Below, in pieces: positions 48,159 through 60,527 of a DNA stretch of 64,000 bases (its first letter is position 1; the number at the start of each line of letters is the position of its first letter). Both the position numbers and the translations under genes were made by a program. The notes beneath the pieces were generated by a model. That model saw only the letters and a program-made list of their open reading frames with translations, made no database searches and was not told the origin of the DNA. Origin of the DNA: Selaginella moellendorffii (taxonomy: Eukaryota > Plantae > Lycopodiophyta); NCBI RefSeq assembly GCF_000143415.4, contig NW_003314290.1:620001-684000 (forward strand), given 5' to 3'.

Positions 48159-51100
48159 TTGATCATCTGGATCTACGCTAAAAAGCTTACGAACCTCGGC
48201 GCGGCAACTGTTCCTGGCGTACCTCTGCCCCCAGAACTGCCACGGGACATCCAGGATCTCATCCTTCGCAAGGTAGTCAGCACAAACGTTTACCCGATAG
48301 TACACTACTGCGACCAAAATCGCGATGTCTCATTCATCATGCATTCAAATTCTTACGCCCGCGGAGCCCAGGGAAAGTGGGAGACCCGGATAGACCAGAC
48401 AACAGTAGAAGCCCTCTCACTTTGGAGCATTGTGTGGAAGGCGGGGATGATCGAGAAGGTCGATGAAGTTCGCTTTGATCTCTATCCAAGGAAGAGATGG
48501 CCTCAAGATCTTCCCTACGTCTGGGAGGATGTCGTGCATGTCATGTTTCCAAACATGACAGTTAAACTTCGAGGTTCTTTTCCTTTAACTACCAATTTTG
48601 TCCATATAAATATTTACATGGCCTCCACATTAGCTCGTGGATCCAATCTGGATGTTTCTACACTCCCACACAGGGAGGCTCCATGATCTGCATCTGATCT
48701 GTGTAGCTCAAATTTGTTTCGAGCTAGTGCCTTGGTCAAAATATCAGCAACCATTTCCTTGGTAAAAATGTACTCCAAGAAAATCTTCTTTCGCTCAACA
48801 TGCTCTCTAATAAAGTGTACCTTTATGTCAAGTGTTTTGTTCTTGAATGGTACTTTGGGTTTTTTGACAATTCGATGGCACTTCAATTGTTGCAAAAGAT
48901 CTTGTGGAACTTGAATCTCAATCTGCTGCAACCACAAGTGTTGCAAAGGTAGCTCCAGTGTACTCAGCTTCTGTACTTGATAGAGCTATGGTAACTTGCC
49001 TCTTGCTGGTCCAGTTGACATCCAAAAAAAAAAGTAGCTTGATGTTGATTTCCTAGATATGTTATCACCTGCCTAATATGAGAGTAAGATACATCCTGTG
49101 GCTGCTCCCACTGTTTCTGAGAGCAGTTGGTTACTTGTTGCTATATCTCGATGTAGTTCTCTAGATATCTCATAACCCATTTAATAACATTCTAGTATTT
49201 TTGACCTGGATTCTCTAAGAACCTGGATACTATGCCAACTGCAAAGGCCAAGTTTAGTCTTGTGCATACTGCAACTAAAGCAAACATCTAACAACTTGCT
49301 TATATGGAACGTTTTCCATAGCTCCTCAGATAAAGGACTTTGTGTTGTCATAAGGAGTAGGCCTGTTGGAAGTGGCATTGCCATTGGCTTGCTGAGAACT
49401 TCCTCCTAGTATGCCTGAGAAAGTTCAATGACACCTGCCTAGAACACCTTGAGATCTCAAATTTTGATTAAAAAAACATTGCTCAAAATAACATACCAGA
49501 TTTAGCTCAGAGGCTGTTATCAAATTGTCGCTGTGTCTTGAAAAGAATTTGTAGAAGTTGCCATCTGCTTAAATTTTGATAAAGCCAAGATGTTAGAGAA
49601 ACCTGTCAACATGGTCATACCACAATCTGCGCTATTGCCGCAAACCATAGAGTGTTTTTTTAAGCCTGCAAACAAACGTCTCACTTCCTTTCTAGATAGG
49701 CTGTGAAACAAAAACCTCCTTCTGCAACTCGCCATAGCTGGTGAACTTCAAGATTCCAGCAATTTGCAATCTGGAAAAGAAGTAGAATGGACACTATCTT
49801 TACCACTGGGGAAGATGGTACCACAATCTGCTTAATTTCTCAGGTGGCAGAAAACCTGCCACCTGAGAAAATCCTTTGGCTACAAAACGAGCTTTGTAAC
49901 ACATCACCTCATCAGCAGTGTTGAGCTTGAGTTTGAACAACCATTTGGTACTGACGACCTTGTGGCCTGCTGATAGTGGAACTAAATCCCTTACCTGGTT
50001 CTTAAGGAGCGAGTTGGCTGCTCGCCATTGCTTTGCCTCTGGAGAAGTAAGAGCTTCCTGGACAGACTTTGGCTCAACCAAAGCATGTCCTACTGCAGCA
50101 AAATATTTGTGTCCATGCTGCGAGACTCTTAAGGCACGCTGTGACAAGTAACTGACTCTGCCGCTGCAGTCTGAAAGGGACAAGAAGACGATGGCATAGC
50201 TGCTGGCGACTGAGGAGCTGCTGGCACTGCTGCACCAGCATCACCAGACTCAGAAAAAAGTGTATCGAACCTGAAACCATCGTCAAAGGGCGTGAGGACT
50301 TCATCTTCTTGATCGGCTGCTCCTCCTGGGCGGGATCTCGGTTTCTTGCTGAGACTACTTCTCTTCACCTGCTGAGCGCCTTGCTGCTGGCGCTGTCTAG
50401 TGCCCGATTCCTCTTCAAGTAAAATTGGAGCTTGAACTCTTAAATTTAAAAACTGGTCTCGTTCATTTTTCTCCGGGACAATTGTCTTCGAACTGTCCAG
50501 GGGACAGAGCTCAAATCAGCAGCCAGTGACTAAGAAGAATGGCAGGTGAGGAATGACAACGTGTTGTCCTCTGATGGGCATTGGACTTGGAAAGCTTCAT
50601 CACCACCATCTTGACCTCACAAAGGCAGCTGCTGAACATTGGACGACCTTGAAGACCACGTTTGGCAATCAAGAAAGTGGAGTTGAAGTCTAAGTTCTTC
50701 GGGTTTAGAATGGGATCTGACGAGTCTCCAGCGACATTTCTAGGCCTCTATTCTGTCCCAGCTCACCAGTTTAGGAGAGGCCGTAATTTCGTAAAGGAAG
50801 CAGGTCCATGACTTGTTAAAGGTTCCAATGCCCATCAAGGACAACAATTCTTCTTAGTCACTGGCTGCTGATTTGAGCTCTATACCCTGGACAATTCTAA
50901 GACAATTGTATAGGAGAAAAATGAACATAATCTCTTTCGTTCAGTTTTCAAAATCGGTGCCACTAAACATCGGGATTGGAAAGGCTTTGCTTGTCGTCAT
51001 TCCTGCAAGGGTTTCAACCACTGGCAACCTTGCTGGACAATAGAGCATTCGATTGCTCGATGTCGTTTTTCTTGTGTCTTCTTCTGCAATCGATCGTTCA

Positions 51101-51420
51101 CACGCTGGAGAATGGCTCGTGAGTGATCAAGATCTGCTTGCTCTCACCAAGACTTTTCTGTTGCTTCTCCCAAGCGTCATTTCCCTCGGCTCAGATACCA
51201 TGTTAGACTTGGAGGCGGTTACGCATTCTTTTCCCCTAACTACCACTTTGTATTTTCTGCATATAAATATTTACATCGTTAGCTTGTGGATCTGATCTGG
51301 ATATTTCTACACAATCTTCTAGTACACGGATCACCGGGATCCTGACTTTAATGAATTGTGGCTTAGGCCAGCTACGGCATCCAGTGATCCAATGCCATTC
51401 TAGTTATGTCAAGGAGACGT
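48159..51420 (+). pseudogene. F-box-like gene interrupted by a Copia element
   Basis: LPPELPRDIQDLILRKV resembles an F-box motif. Sequence homologous to the uninterrupted paralog resumes after the LTR at 51312. Confidence 0.55.
48561..51311 (-). mobile_element. Internally deleted Ty1/Copia retrotransposon with ~105-bp LTRs
   Basis: LTRs 48561-48662 and 51201-51311; PBS (GCTCAGATACCA) 51189-51200. RT motifs EPKSVQEAL, KWLFKLK, YKARFVAKGFSQ; RNase H DIKVHFIRE...ADILTKAL. Confidence 0.9.
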
Positions 51421-51579
51421 TTGAGCGAGGAGAGTGATTTCAGCGATCTTGGCCTGTCAAGAGTGTCTTTAGTTGAGGGAAATGAAAGATCACCATATTA
51501 AAAACTTTAGCCTTGAAAAGCAAATGAGCTTGCAAAAAAGGTGGCAAATATTCGTTATAAAAGCTAGTCTTGACGGCTC

Positions 51580-53541
51580 ATGTTTAAGAGAGACTACGCC
51601 TTTTCTATGCAGCACGAACACGAGCTAGTCGCATCTCGCCTAAAATCGTGCGATAATCTCGACCTCGCATCGCAGCTCCACTCTAGGGTTTTGAATTTCC
51701 AGGGAGTGGATCACAGCGGTTTTAGATTCCTCTCAAATCTCTTGATCCAGCTTTATGGGAGACTGGGAAGCCCCAACAGGGCACTCAATGTCTTTCATGG
51801 GATCATCTCCCCCAATATCTTCTCTTGGAGCCTTCTCATCTTGGCATTCATCCACAACGCATGGATCAAAGATGCCAAGAACGCGTTTGATAGAATGCCC
51901 GTCCGCGACGTTGTGGTGTGGAATATGCTTATCACGGCATTTGCCCAAACAGGGCATCCAGAGTATGCCCAGAACGCGTTTGAGCGGATGGCCGGGCATA
52001 GCGTGGTTTCGTGGACGACGATCTTAGCAGGGTTTGTGCAATCCGGGAGATTCGATGGAGCGAAGCGCGTCTTTGATATCATGCCGCAGCGCAACGAGGT
52101 CGCCTGGAATCTGGCCGTGACGGCGTGCGCCCAGGCCGGGCATCTGCGCGAGGCGGAGGAAATCCACGCCAGGATGAGCTGCTGGAGCGTCGTCTCCTGG
52201 AACGAGATGATCAGCGCCTACGCCGGCCACGGCCAGGGCGATCGATCCAAGCGGCTGTTCGATGCGATCCCGGAGCGCAGCAGCGTGTCCTGGAACGCGA
52301 TCCTGGACGATGGCGCTGCCGCGGGCTCGATCGAGGAGGTGAGGGCCAGATTCGAGAGAATGCCGGCAAGGGACGTGATCTCCTGGACGGCGCTGGCGGT
52401 GAATCACGCTCGCCGCTCGCTGATCGGCGACGCCAGGGAGATCTTCGATCGGATGCCGCAGAGGAACAGCGTCGTGTGGAATGCGATCGCCACGGGCCAC
52501 GCGGATGCCGGCCAAGAACAAGAAGCGCTGGAAATATTTCGCCGGATGCCCGTGTGGGATGCCGTGTCCTGGACCACGACGATCGAGGCGCTGGCGCGCG
52601 CTGGCCGGATCGAGAGCGCGGCCGCGATGTTCTTCCGCGAGGACACCCGATCGATGCTGTGCGTCTTCTCCTGGACTGCGATGCTGCAAGGGTTTGCCGC
52701 CATGGCGCGCCCGAGCGACGCGGCGGCGGTGTTTGATCGAATGCCCGCGCGGGATCTAGTGTCCTGGAACGCGATGGTGGGAGCGGCAGCGCAGATCCCC
52801 GGCCTGATCGAGAGGACGGTGGAGGAGCCAAGGATTTCCACGGCGATGGAGTATTTCCAGCAAATGCCCGAGAGAAATTTCGTGTCGTGGCTGGTTCTTC
52901 TCGCCGGCCATAGCCAGGGCCACGATCATCGCCAAGCGCGCGAGATCTTCGATCGAATGCCCCAGCGCGACGCCGTCTCCTCCACCGCGATGCTCACGGC
53001 CTACGGCCAGGCAGGGCACCTGGACGCCGCGCAAGAGATCTTCTACCGCTGCCCCGATCGCGACTTCTTCGTGTGGAACGCGATCATCGCCGCCAGCGCC
53101 CGCGCCGGCGATGCCGCTGGATCGCTCCACCTCTTCCACCGGATGAAGCTCCAGGGCGAGAGGATCGACGAGATTTGCTTCCTGAGCGTCCTGGCGGCGT
53201 GCAGCCACAGCGGATTGGTGAGCGAGGGCCGCGAGTTCTTCGCGTCGATGATCCAGGACTTCGCGATCGAGGCCAGGGGCGAGCATTTCTACTGCCTGGT
53301 GGATCTGCTGGGGCGGGCAGGGCGGCTGGCCGATGCCGATGATCTGATCGACAGCATGCCCTTCGTGCCGGACGAGACCGCCTGGAAATCGCTCCTCAGC
53401 GCTTACAATCTAATCCCAGATGGATCGCACAGGGCCAGCAAACGTGCCGGGGATGTGGATCCACTGAGCGCCGCCTCTCACGCGTTGCTAGCAAATCTCA
53501 ACTCATACCAGGTGTCAAGAACCCTAAAAACAGAGCTTTAG
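51580..53541 (+). CDS. PLS-class pentatricopeptide repeat protein with degenerate E domain (653 aa)
   Basis: Repeated FDRMP.RD.VSW motifs, SVLAACSHSGLV and HFYCLVDLLGRAG; no DYW domain. Confidence 0.93.
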   Translation: MFKRDYAFSMQHEHELVASRLKSCDNLDLASQLHSRVLNFQGVDHSGFRFLSNLLIQLYGRLGSPNRALNVFHGIISPNIFSWSLLILAFIHNAWIKDAKNAFDRMPVRDVVVWNMLITAFAQTGHPEYAQNAFERMAGHSVVSWTTILAGFVQSGRFDGAKRVFDIMPQRNEVAWNLAVTACAQAGHLREAEEIHARMSCWSVVSWNEMISAYAGHGQGDRSKRLFDAIPERSSVSWNAILDDGAAAGSIEEVRARFERMPARDVISWTALAVNHARRSLIGDAREIFDRMPQRNSVVWNAIATGHADAGQEQEALEIFRRMPVWDAVSWTTTIEALARAGRIESAAAMFFREDTRSMLCVFSWTAMLQGFAAMARPSDAAAVFDRMPARDLVSWNAMVGAAAQIPGLIERTVEEPRISTAMEYFQQMPERNFVSWLVLLAGHSQGHDHRQAREIFDRMPQRDAVSSTAMLTAYGQAGHLDAAQEIFYRCPDRDFFVWNAIIAASARAGDAAGSLHLFHRMKLQGERIDEICFLSVLAACSHSGLVSEGREFFASMIQDFAIEARGEHFYCLVDLLGRAGRLADADDLIDSMPFVPDETAWKSLLSAYNLIPDGSHRASKRAGDVDPLSAASHALLANLNSYQVSRTLKTEL

Positions 53542-53560
53542 GTTTTTAGGGTTCTTGGCG

Positions 53561-56500
53561 ATGAGGGTCTCTCGGCGCGGCGTCCTCGCCTTGGCCGTGC
53601 TCGGGGTTTTTGTGTCGTCCCTGTGCGCACAGTTGGAGATTACCGTGATAGAAGATGACGATCGTGCTGATGGTGACGACGCCGCGCTCGTGATTTCGCA
53701 GCAGCAGAGGGAGATGCTTCAAGTAGCGCTTGCGGATTTGCCGCTCGGCGAGGACGAGGAAGAGGAGGCTTTCCAGCTCTTGAAGCCAGCGGCGGGGCAC
53801 GACAGGCTCGAGGTAAACGAAGTAGTTCTTGAAAAGCTGGCCGCCATCAAAGAGCCAGTTTCGCTGGTTTCCATCGTCGGGCCTTACCACAGGTATGTTC
53901 TTTTCTTCTTTGCTTTTCTTGCATGTAGCCCGATCCTTTCTTTTTCTCGTGGACAGTGGAAAATCTTTCCTTCTCAATGTTTTGATGAACTCCACGCGTG
54001 GATTCACTGTCGGTGCCAAGCCAGACCCTGAGACGAGGGGTGTCTGGATACGAATCTTGCCGAAGGAGAAGCTCCGCGGCGTGGATGGTTCTCGCGTCGT
54101 TCTCCTGGACACCGAAGGTTTCTACGGCGATGGCGCCTCCAGGCTCTACGATGCCAGGATTTTCGCTGTTTCGACACTGATAAGTTCTCATCTTGTTTAC
54201 AACACTCTGCGAACAATTGGTAAGGATCCACCTGTTTTTCCCGAGATCCTTGACAAGTTCTCTTGCTATACTTTCAGGTGACGCTCAGTCAGTGAGTTCT
54301 CTTGCCGACTTGTCCAAGCAGGCACAGGTGTTTAACTTACAGAATTGGCTTCACACCGCTCACGCAACAGCTGGTAAGGGATCATACTTTTGGTGTTCTC
54401 TTCTGACGAGCATTCTTTCTTTTCTTTCTTCAGAGACAACTAGTTCGATAGATGTTGACCCATTTCTGCTTTTGGAGACACTTAAGTTCCCCCCGCTGAC
54501 GTGGGTAGTTCAAGGATTCGACATGGACCTGAATCCCGCGACCTCGCCGGTCAAGTATCTCCAGAAGTTCATTGCAGCGCATGCTCAGACAGGAGACATG
54601 ACTCTAGACACACTCTTCAGTCAGGGAATTTCGTGCTACACATTGAGGACTCCGACCGATATGAATTCTCTCCGTGATCAAGTCGGTGGCGAAGGATTAG
54701 CCGCAGATACAGAGCTTTTCGACGCCTTGCATCCAAAATACGTTTCGGACCTTGACAGCCTACGCCAGGGTGTTTTCGGAGATCTCAAGGCTAAAGGGGA
54801 TGGAAACTTTACTGGACGTAATGTCGCCCGGCTGATCCCACTCCTGGTGCATTATGTCAACGAGGATTTCCCTCTCAACGCGGATAGGAAACTGAGAGAT
54901 GTCTTGGCTGACATAATTGCGGAGGGCTCTTTCTCTGGCGGTGTTCAGTACTTCCAGCTATCGATGGAAGCATTCTCGAAAGCGTCAAAGCAGAAGATGA
55001 AGGGAAAGCTTCCTGCATCAGAAATGCCGGATTCAGATGCTGCGCTGAAGTCTCTTGCGGCATCAGCTCTTACAACTGAAGAACTCGAACGAGTTTTGAC
55101 CTTCACTGGTGAGCTTTATTCAATTTCCGGGGATTCTCTATTCTAAACTTTCTTTTCTGTAGAACGAAAATCCATTGACTATTGCAAGCGGCGCTGCGTC
55201 GGAGTGCCGGAGGAGCTTGCCAAACCAATTTGCGAAACTCAACTCGCAATTAAGATTGAGCGTATGAAGACCCAGTACAGGTACTTATACTTTGATTTGG
55301 TTGTTCTGGTATTTACTTACCGGGTAACAGGGAGGAAAATGACCGCAAGGTTAAAGAAGTACTAGTTCTCTTGGGAGAACGTCTGCGTGCGTCTGCTGTG
55401 AAGCAAATTGAAGGACTCGTACTGCCTATGCTAGAATCCGATATTGGAGCTCAGTGCACTCGAGCAGAAAAAAATGTCACGAGAAGGTGCGAGTCTTTGT
55501 TTCATCGGCTTTCTTATCTTGCATTTGTACAGGTATGATTCTTTGGCTGGACCACATAAAGGCAGTCACCTGTACACTGAGGCAAAAAACCAAATGCAAG
55601 AAGACATTCAGCTTAAATGTGATCGCGTGAAACGCCTGAACGAGGAGAAGATTTCAGGAATCCTTAAAAATGCTGAAAAGACTTGTCGACAGGCCTACGA
55701 GTCATCTATTCGAGCTGGTGGATTTACCGGAGAGACGGGCCAGAAGCCTTTCTCTGTGAAGAAGCTTCAGGATCTCAACCTCGCAGCTGTGGCTTCCGGA
55801 AAATCAGCGTATGCAAATGCCGTGAAAAGTGAGAGCACCTGGATTGGTCACTTATATCAGCCGTACCGGTATCACGAATACGAGTGTGTAGAGTACTGTT
55901 CCAAGCAACGTTACTCGGAACTTCAGGTATCGATTACCCACTACTTCGCTCTTTTATTTAACTCGTTTGACTTTTCTAGGCACAAAACGAGCTCAATGTC
56001 AAGGCTTTCTGTGATGTTCTCGAGACACAGTTAGAAAAGCGTTACAAGGATGAAGTAAACCGTTTCTCACCATTTCCTGACAACGACGAAACCATCACGG
56101 CAAAGGTTTGTGTCTCTACTCGAGCGTCATGTTTTATTTTACTGACGGTTTTTCTTCAGGCTGAAACACTTGGGAAACAATTGCTGCAAGAGTACACATC
56201 CGCCGTTAAAGACTTTACGTCGGTTCCAACCGTGGACGAGAAGAGGAAGGAGCTGTCTTACAGAATTGGCGAGGCCCGTGACCACCTCCTCAAGAAGAAC
56301 ACGGCTCTCATGGCCGCCTTCTGCTACGATCCTCTAATGGACGCTTACAAAGAGCTCCGGATGCAGGTAAAAGCAAGCACTTCTTTCCAAATCAATTCTC
56401 TTGACTCACCATCACAATTGCAGGACTGTGAGAGTGGCAACATGTTCAAGTCGTGGTCCTTCTGGTCGGCTAAGTGCCTCTGGCCGGGCCCCCGTTACGT

Positions 56501-56870
56501 CTTTGGCTTCAAGCACGCTGCTCACTCCGTGGCACGAAAGCACCTAGACATGGCCGAGTCCTCCGGCGGCTCGGACTCAACCAAAGGCGTGGTTCTCAGC
56601 CCAGGAACTCGCAACAAAGTGATCCAGGCCTGGATAGAGCACGACTTGGCTCCGGCATCCAACGTCGTCACGTTTAACTTCGCGGTGCTCAGCGCATTCG
56701 TCGTGGGTACCATGGGATTCGTCTACTTCTTGCTGCGGTTTAGCTTCGGTGGTAGCGGTGGTGGCCACCGTGGTGACCGTGGCGGCGGCTACAAAGCCAT
56801 GGATGGTGTCCAGTGGTCACACTACGAGACGAGGAAGAGTTCACCGAACGTTCACTATAGGCGGTACTGA
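53561..56870 (+). CDS. Guanylate-binding protein (GBP/atlastin-family GTPase) with signal peptide and C-terminal TM helix (multi-exon)
   Basis: G1 GPYH|SGKS across intron 53893-53956, ETRGVW, LLDTEGF and YDARIFAVSTLISSHLVYN. Helical C-terminal half; hydrophobic N-terminus; TM segment FAVLSAFVVGTMGFVYFLL. Confidence 0.88.
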
Positions 56871-57162
56871 TTTGAGATTAGCACTGACTTTCCATTTGTG
56901 TACAGGCTTTTTGTATAGAGTAATTTAATCGATTTGGAGTTTAAGCTGTAGCGGACTTGTAATTAATTATTCCAGGTTCTTTCTAGAAGTAATTCTTTTT
57001 TCTTTAGTTGACATGGTTTGGCGGCTGGACGCCTAGTTCCCAAGTTCCATGTCGTACGCACTGTTCTCCTGCCGTACGAGCCCGGTAACAGGGATATATA
57101 ATGCTCGAGAGATTGATGCTCGCATTCCCCGTGAGGTTCTTGATCTACTTTGTGTAGAGAAA

Positions 57163-58987
<1,825 letters not shown>

Positions 58988-59055
58988 TGTGTAAATTAAA
59001 TGGTTGTATATATGATGAGTACATGTGAGGTTTACTTTTTAGTATTGTCGTCTTT

Positions 59056-59126
59056 GCACTGCTGGTCTAGTGGTAGAATAGTTCCCTGCCACGGAACAGA
59101 CCCGGGTTCGATTCCCGGGCAGTGCA
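59056..59126 (+). tRNA. trnG-GCC: tRNA-Gly (GCC)
   Basis: Cloverleaf with acceptor stem GCACTGC/GCAGTGC, anticodon arm GTTCC-CTGCCAC-GGAAC and T arm GGTTCGATTCC; T-run terminator at ~59137. Confidence 0.97.
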
Positions 59127-59429
59127 ATCGATATTGTTTTTTCCTTACACTTTAGTATCCAAGATAAATATTGCAAATAAATGAATATATTATTCTAAAA
59201 TTCATCTAAATAGCTTATCTAAATAGCATATGTTGTCTTGTTAGTCTATTTCATCAATATCATGGACTGCCAATTTATTAATTGCAAGTTATTACCATCC
59301 ACAAAGGTACCAAGATATTGTAATGATTGGGGATATGGTTGGGACAACCAGGATGGCCTTTGTTACAAGTACTATTGTTTCTCTCTCTCTCATTAGGAAA
59401 TTATACCTTTTTTAAAATGCTTCTTCAAT

Positions 59430-60419
59430 TGAGCAGCTTCACAGCATCATTCGAGAGTCCGGCCTGGAAGCAGACGCGTCAGTCGGAAACGCCGCCGTTC
59501 ACATGTTCGCCAAGTGCTGAAGCCTCGACGACGCGCTCGCGGCCTTCCAGAGGATGCCTCAGAAGAACTTGGGAAGCTGGAACGGACTCTTGGGAGCCTA
59601 CATTCACGTCGGGCGCCTCGCAGATACTTGCAAGCTGTTCGAGGAGATGGAGGAGCGGGACGTGATCACCTGGAACATGATACTTGGAGCCTACGTCGAG
59701 CGAGACATGGCCAAGGAAGCAGTGAGGCTCTTCCGCCGGATGATAGCCGAGGGGACGGAACCAAACAGCATCACCTGGACGACGATGCTGGGAGCTTGCG
59801 CTGGCGAGGCCTCGCTCGCCGAGGGACGAAGGGTCCACGAGCTCATAGCGGAGAGAGGGGCCGACTCGGAGCTCTTCGTCGGGAACGCGCTGGTGGACAT
59901 GTTTGGGAAGTGCGCGAGCTTGGGCGGAGCTCGGCAGGCATTCGAGAGGATCCGTGGCAAGGACGCCAGCAGCTGGAACGTCCTGGTGGCGGCACTGGCG
60001 CAAAACGGCGACGCCGAGGAGGCTCTCAAGCAGTTCTTGCGGATGCAGCAAGAAGGGATCAAGCCAACCGACGTGACTTTCACCGTCGTCTTCTGGGCTT
60101 GCAGCCACGCGGGCAGGCTGGAGCAGGCCAAGACCATCTCGTCACTGCGGCACGACTACGGCATAGCTCCGCTGCCCAGCCACTGAGGGATCTCCTGGGA
60201 CGCGCTGGCTTCCCGGACGAGGCGGAGGAGGTGATCAAGAGGATCCCGTTCAGCCAGGACGAGCTCCCCTGGATGACGCTGCTCTCCGCGTGTAAAGTCC
60301 ACAGCGATGTGGAGCGTGGGAGAAAGGTGGCGGGCCAAGTCTTGCGGTGGAATCCGGGTGATTCGGCAGCGGGGGTGGCGCTTTCCAATATATTCGCAGG
60401 AGCCGACGCAGTTCCATAA
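59430..60419 (+). pseudogene. PPR (PLS-E) pseudogene fragment
   Basis: PPR motifs in 59554-60186; a frameshift/deletion at ~60184 puts the E domain (DLLGRAG...LLSACKVH) in another frame; 5' truncated. Confidence 0.85.
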
Positions 60420-60527
60420 CTTGGCCTTGGTGATCGTCGAGTTTCATGTTGGACGTGAAGAGCTGCACGAGATCGATGGCGGCTGGGCTTGCTCTACATC
60501 ACAAGCTCCAGGTCTTCCACAAGCTGA

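Noticed and set aside
52024-53342. Long antisense and alternative-frame ORFs over PPR genes (also 59479-63555)
   Set aside because: Expected shadow ORFs of GC-rich coding sequence.
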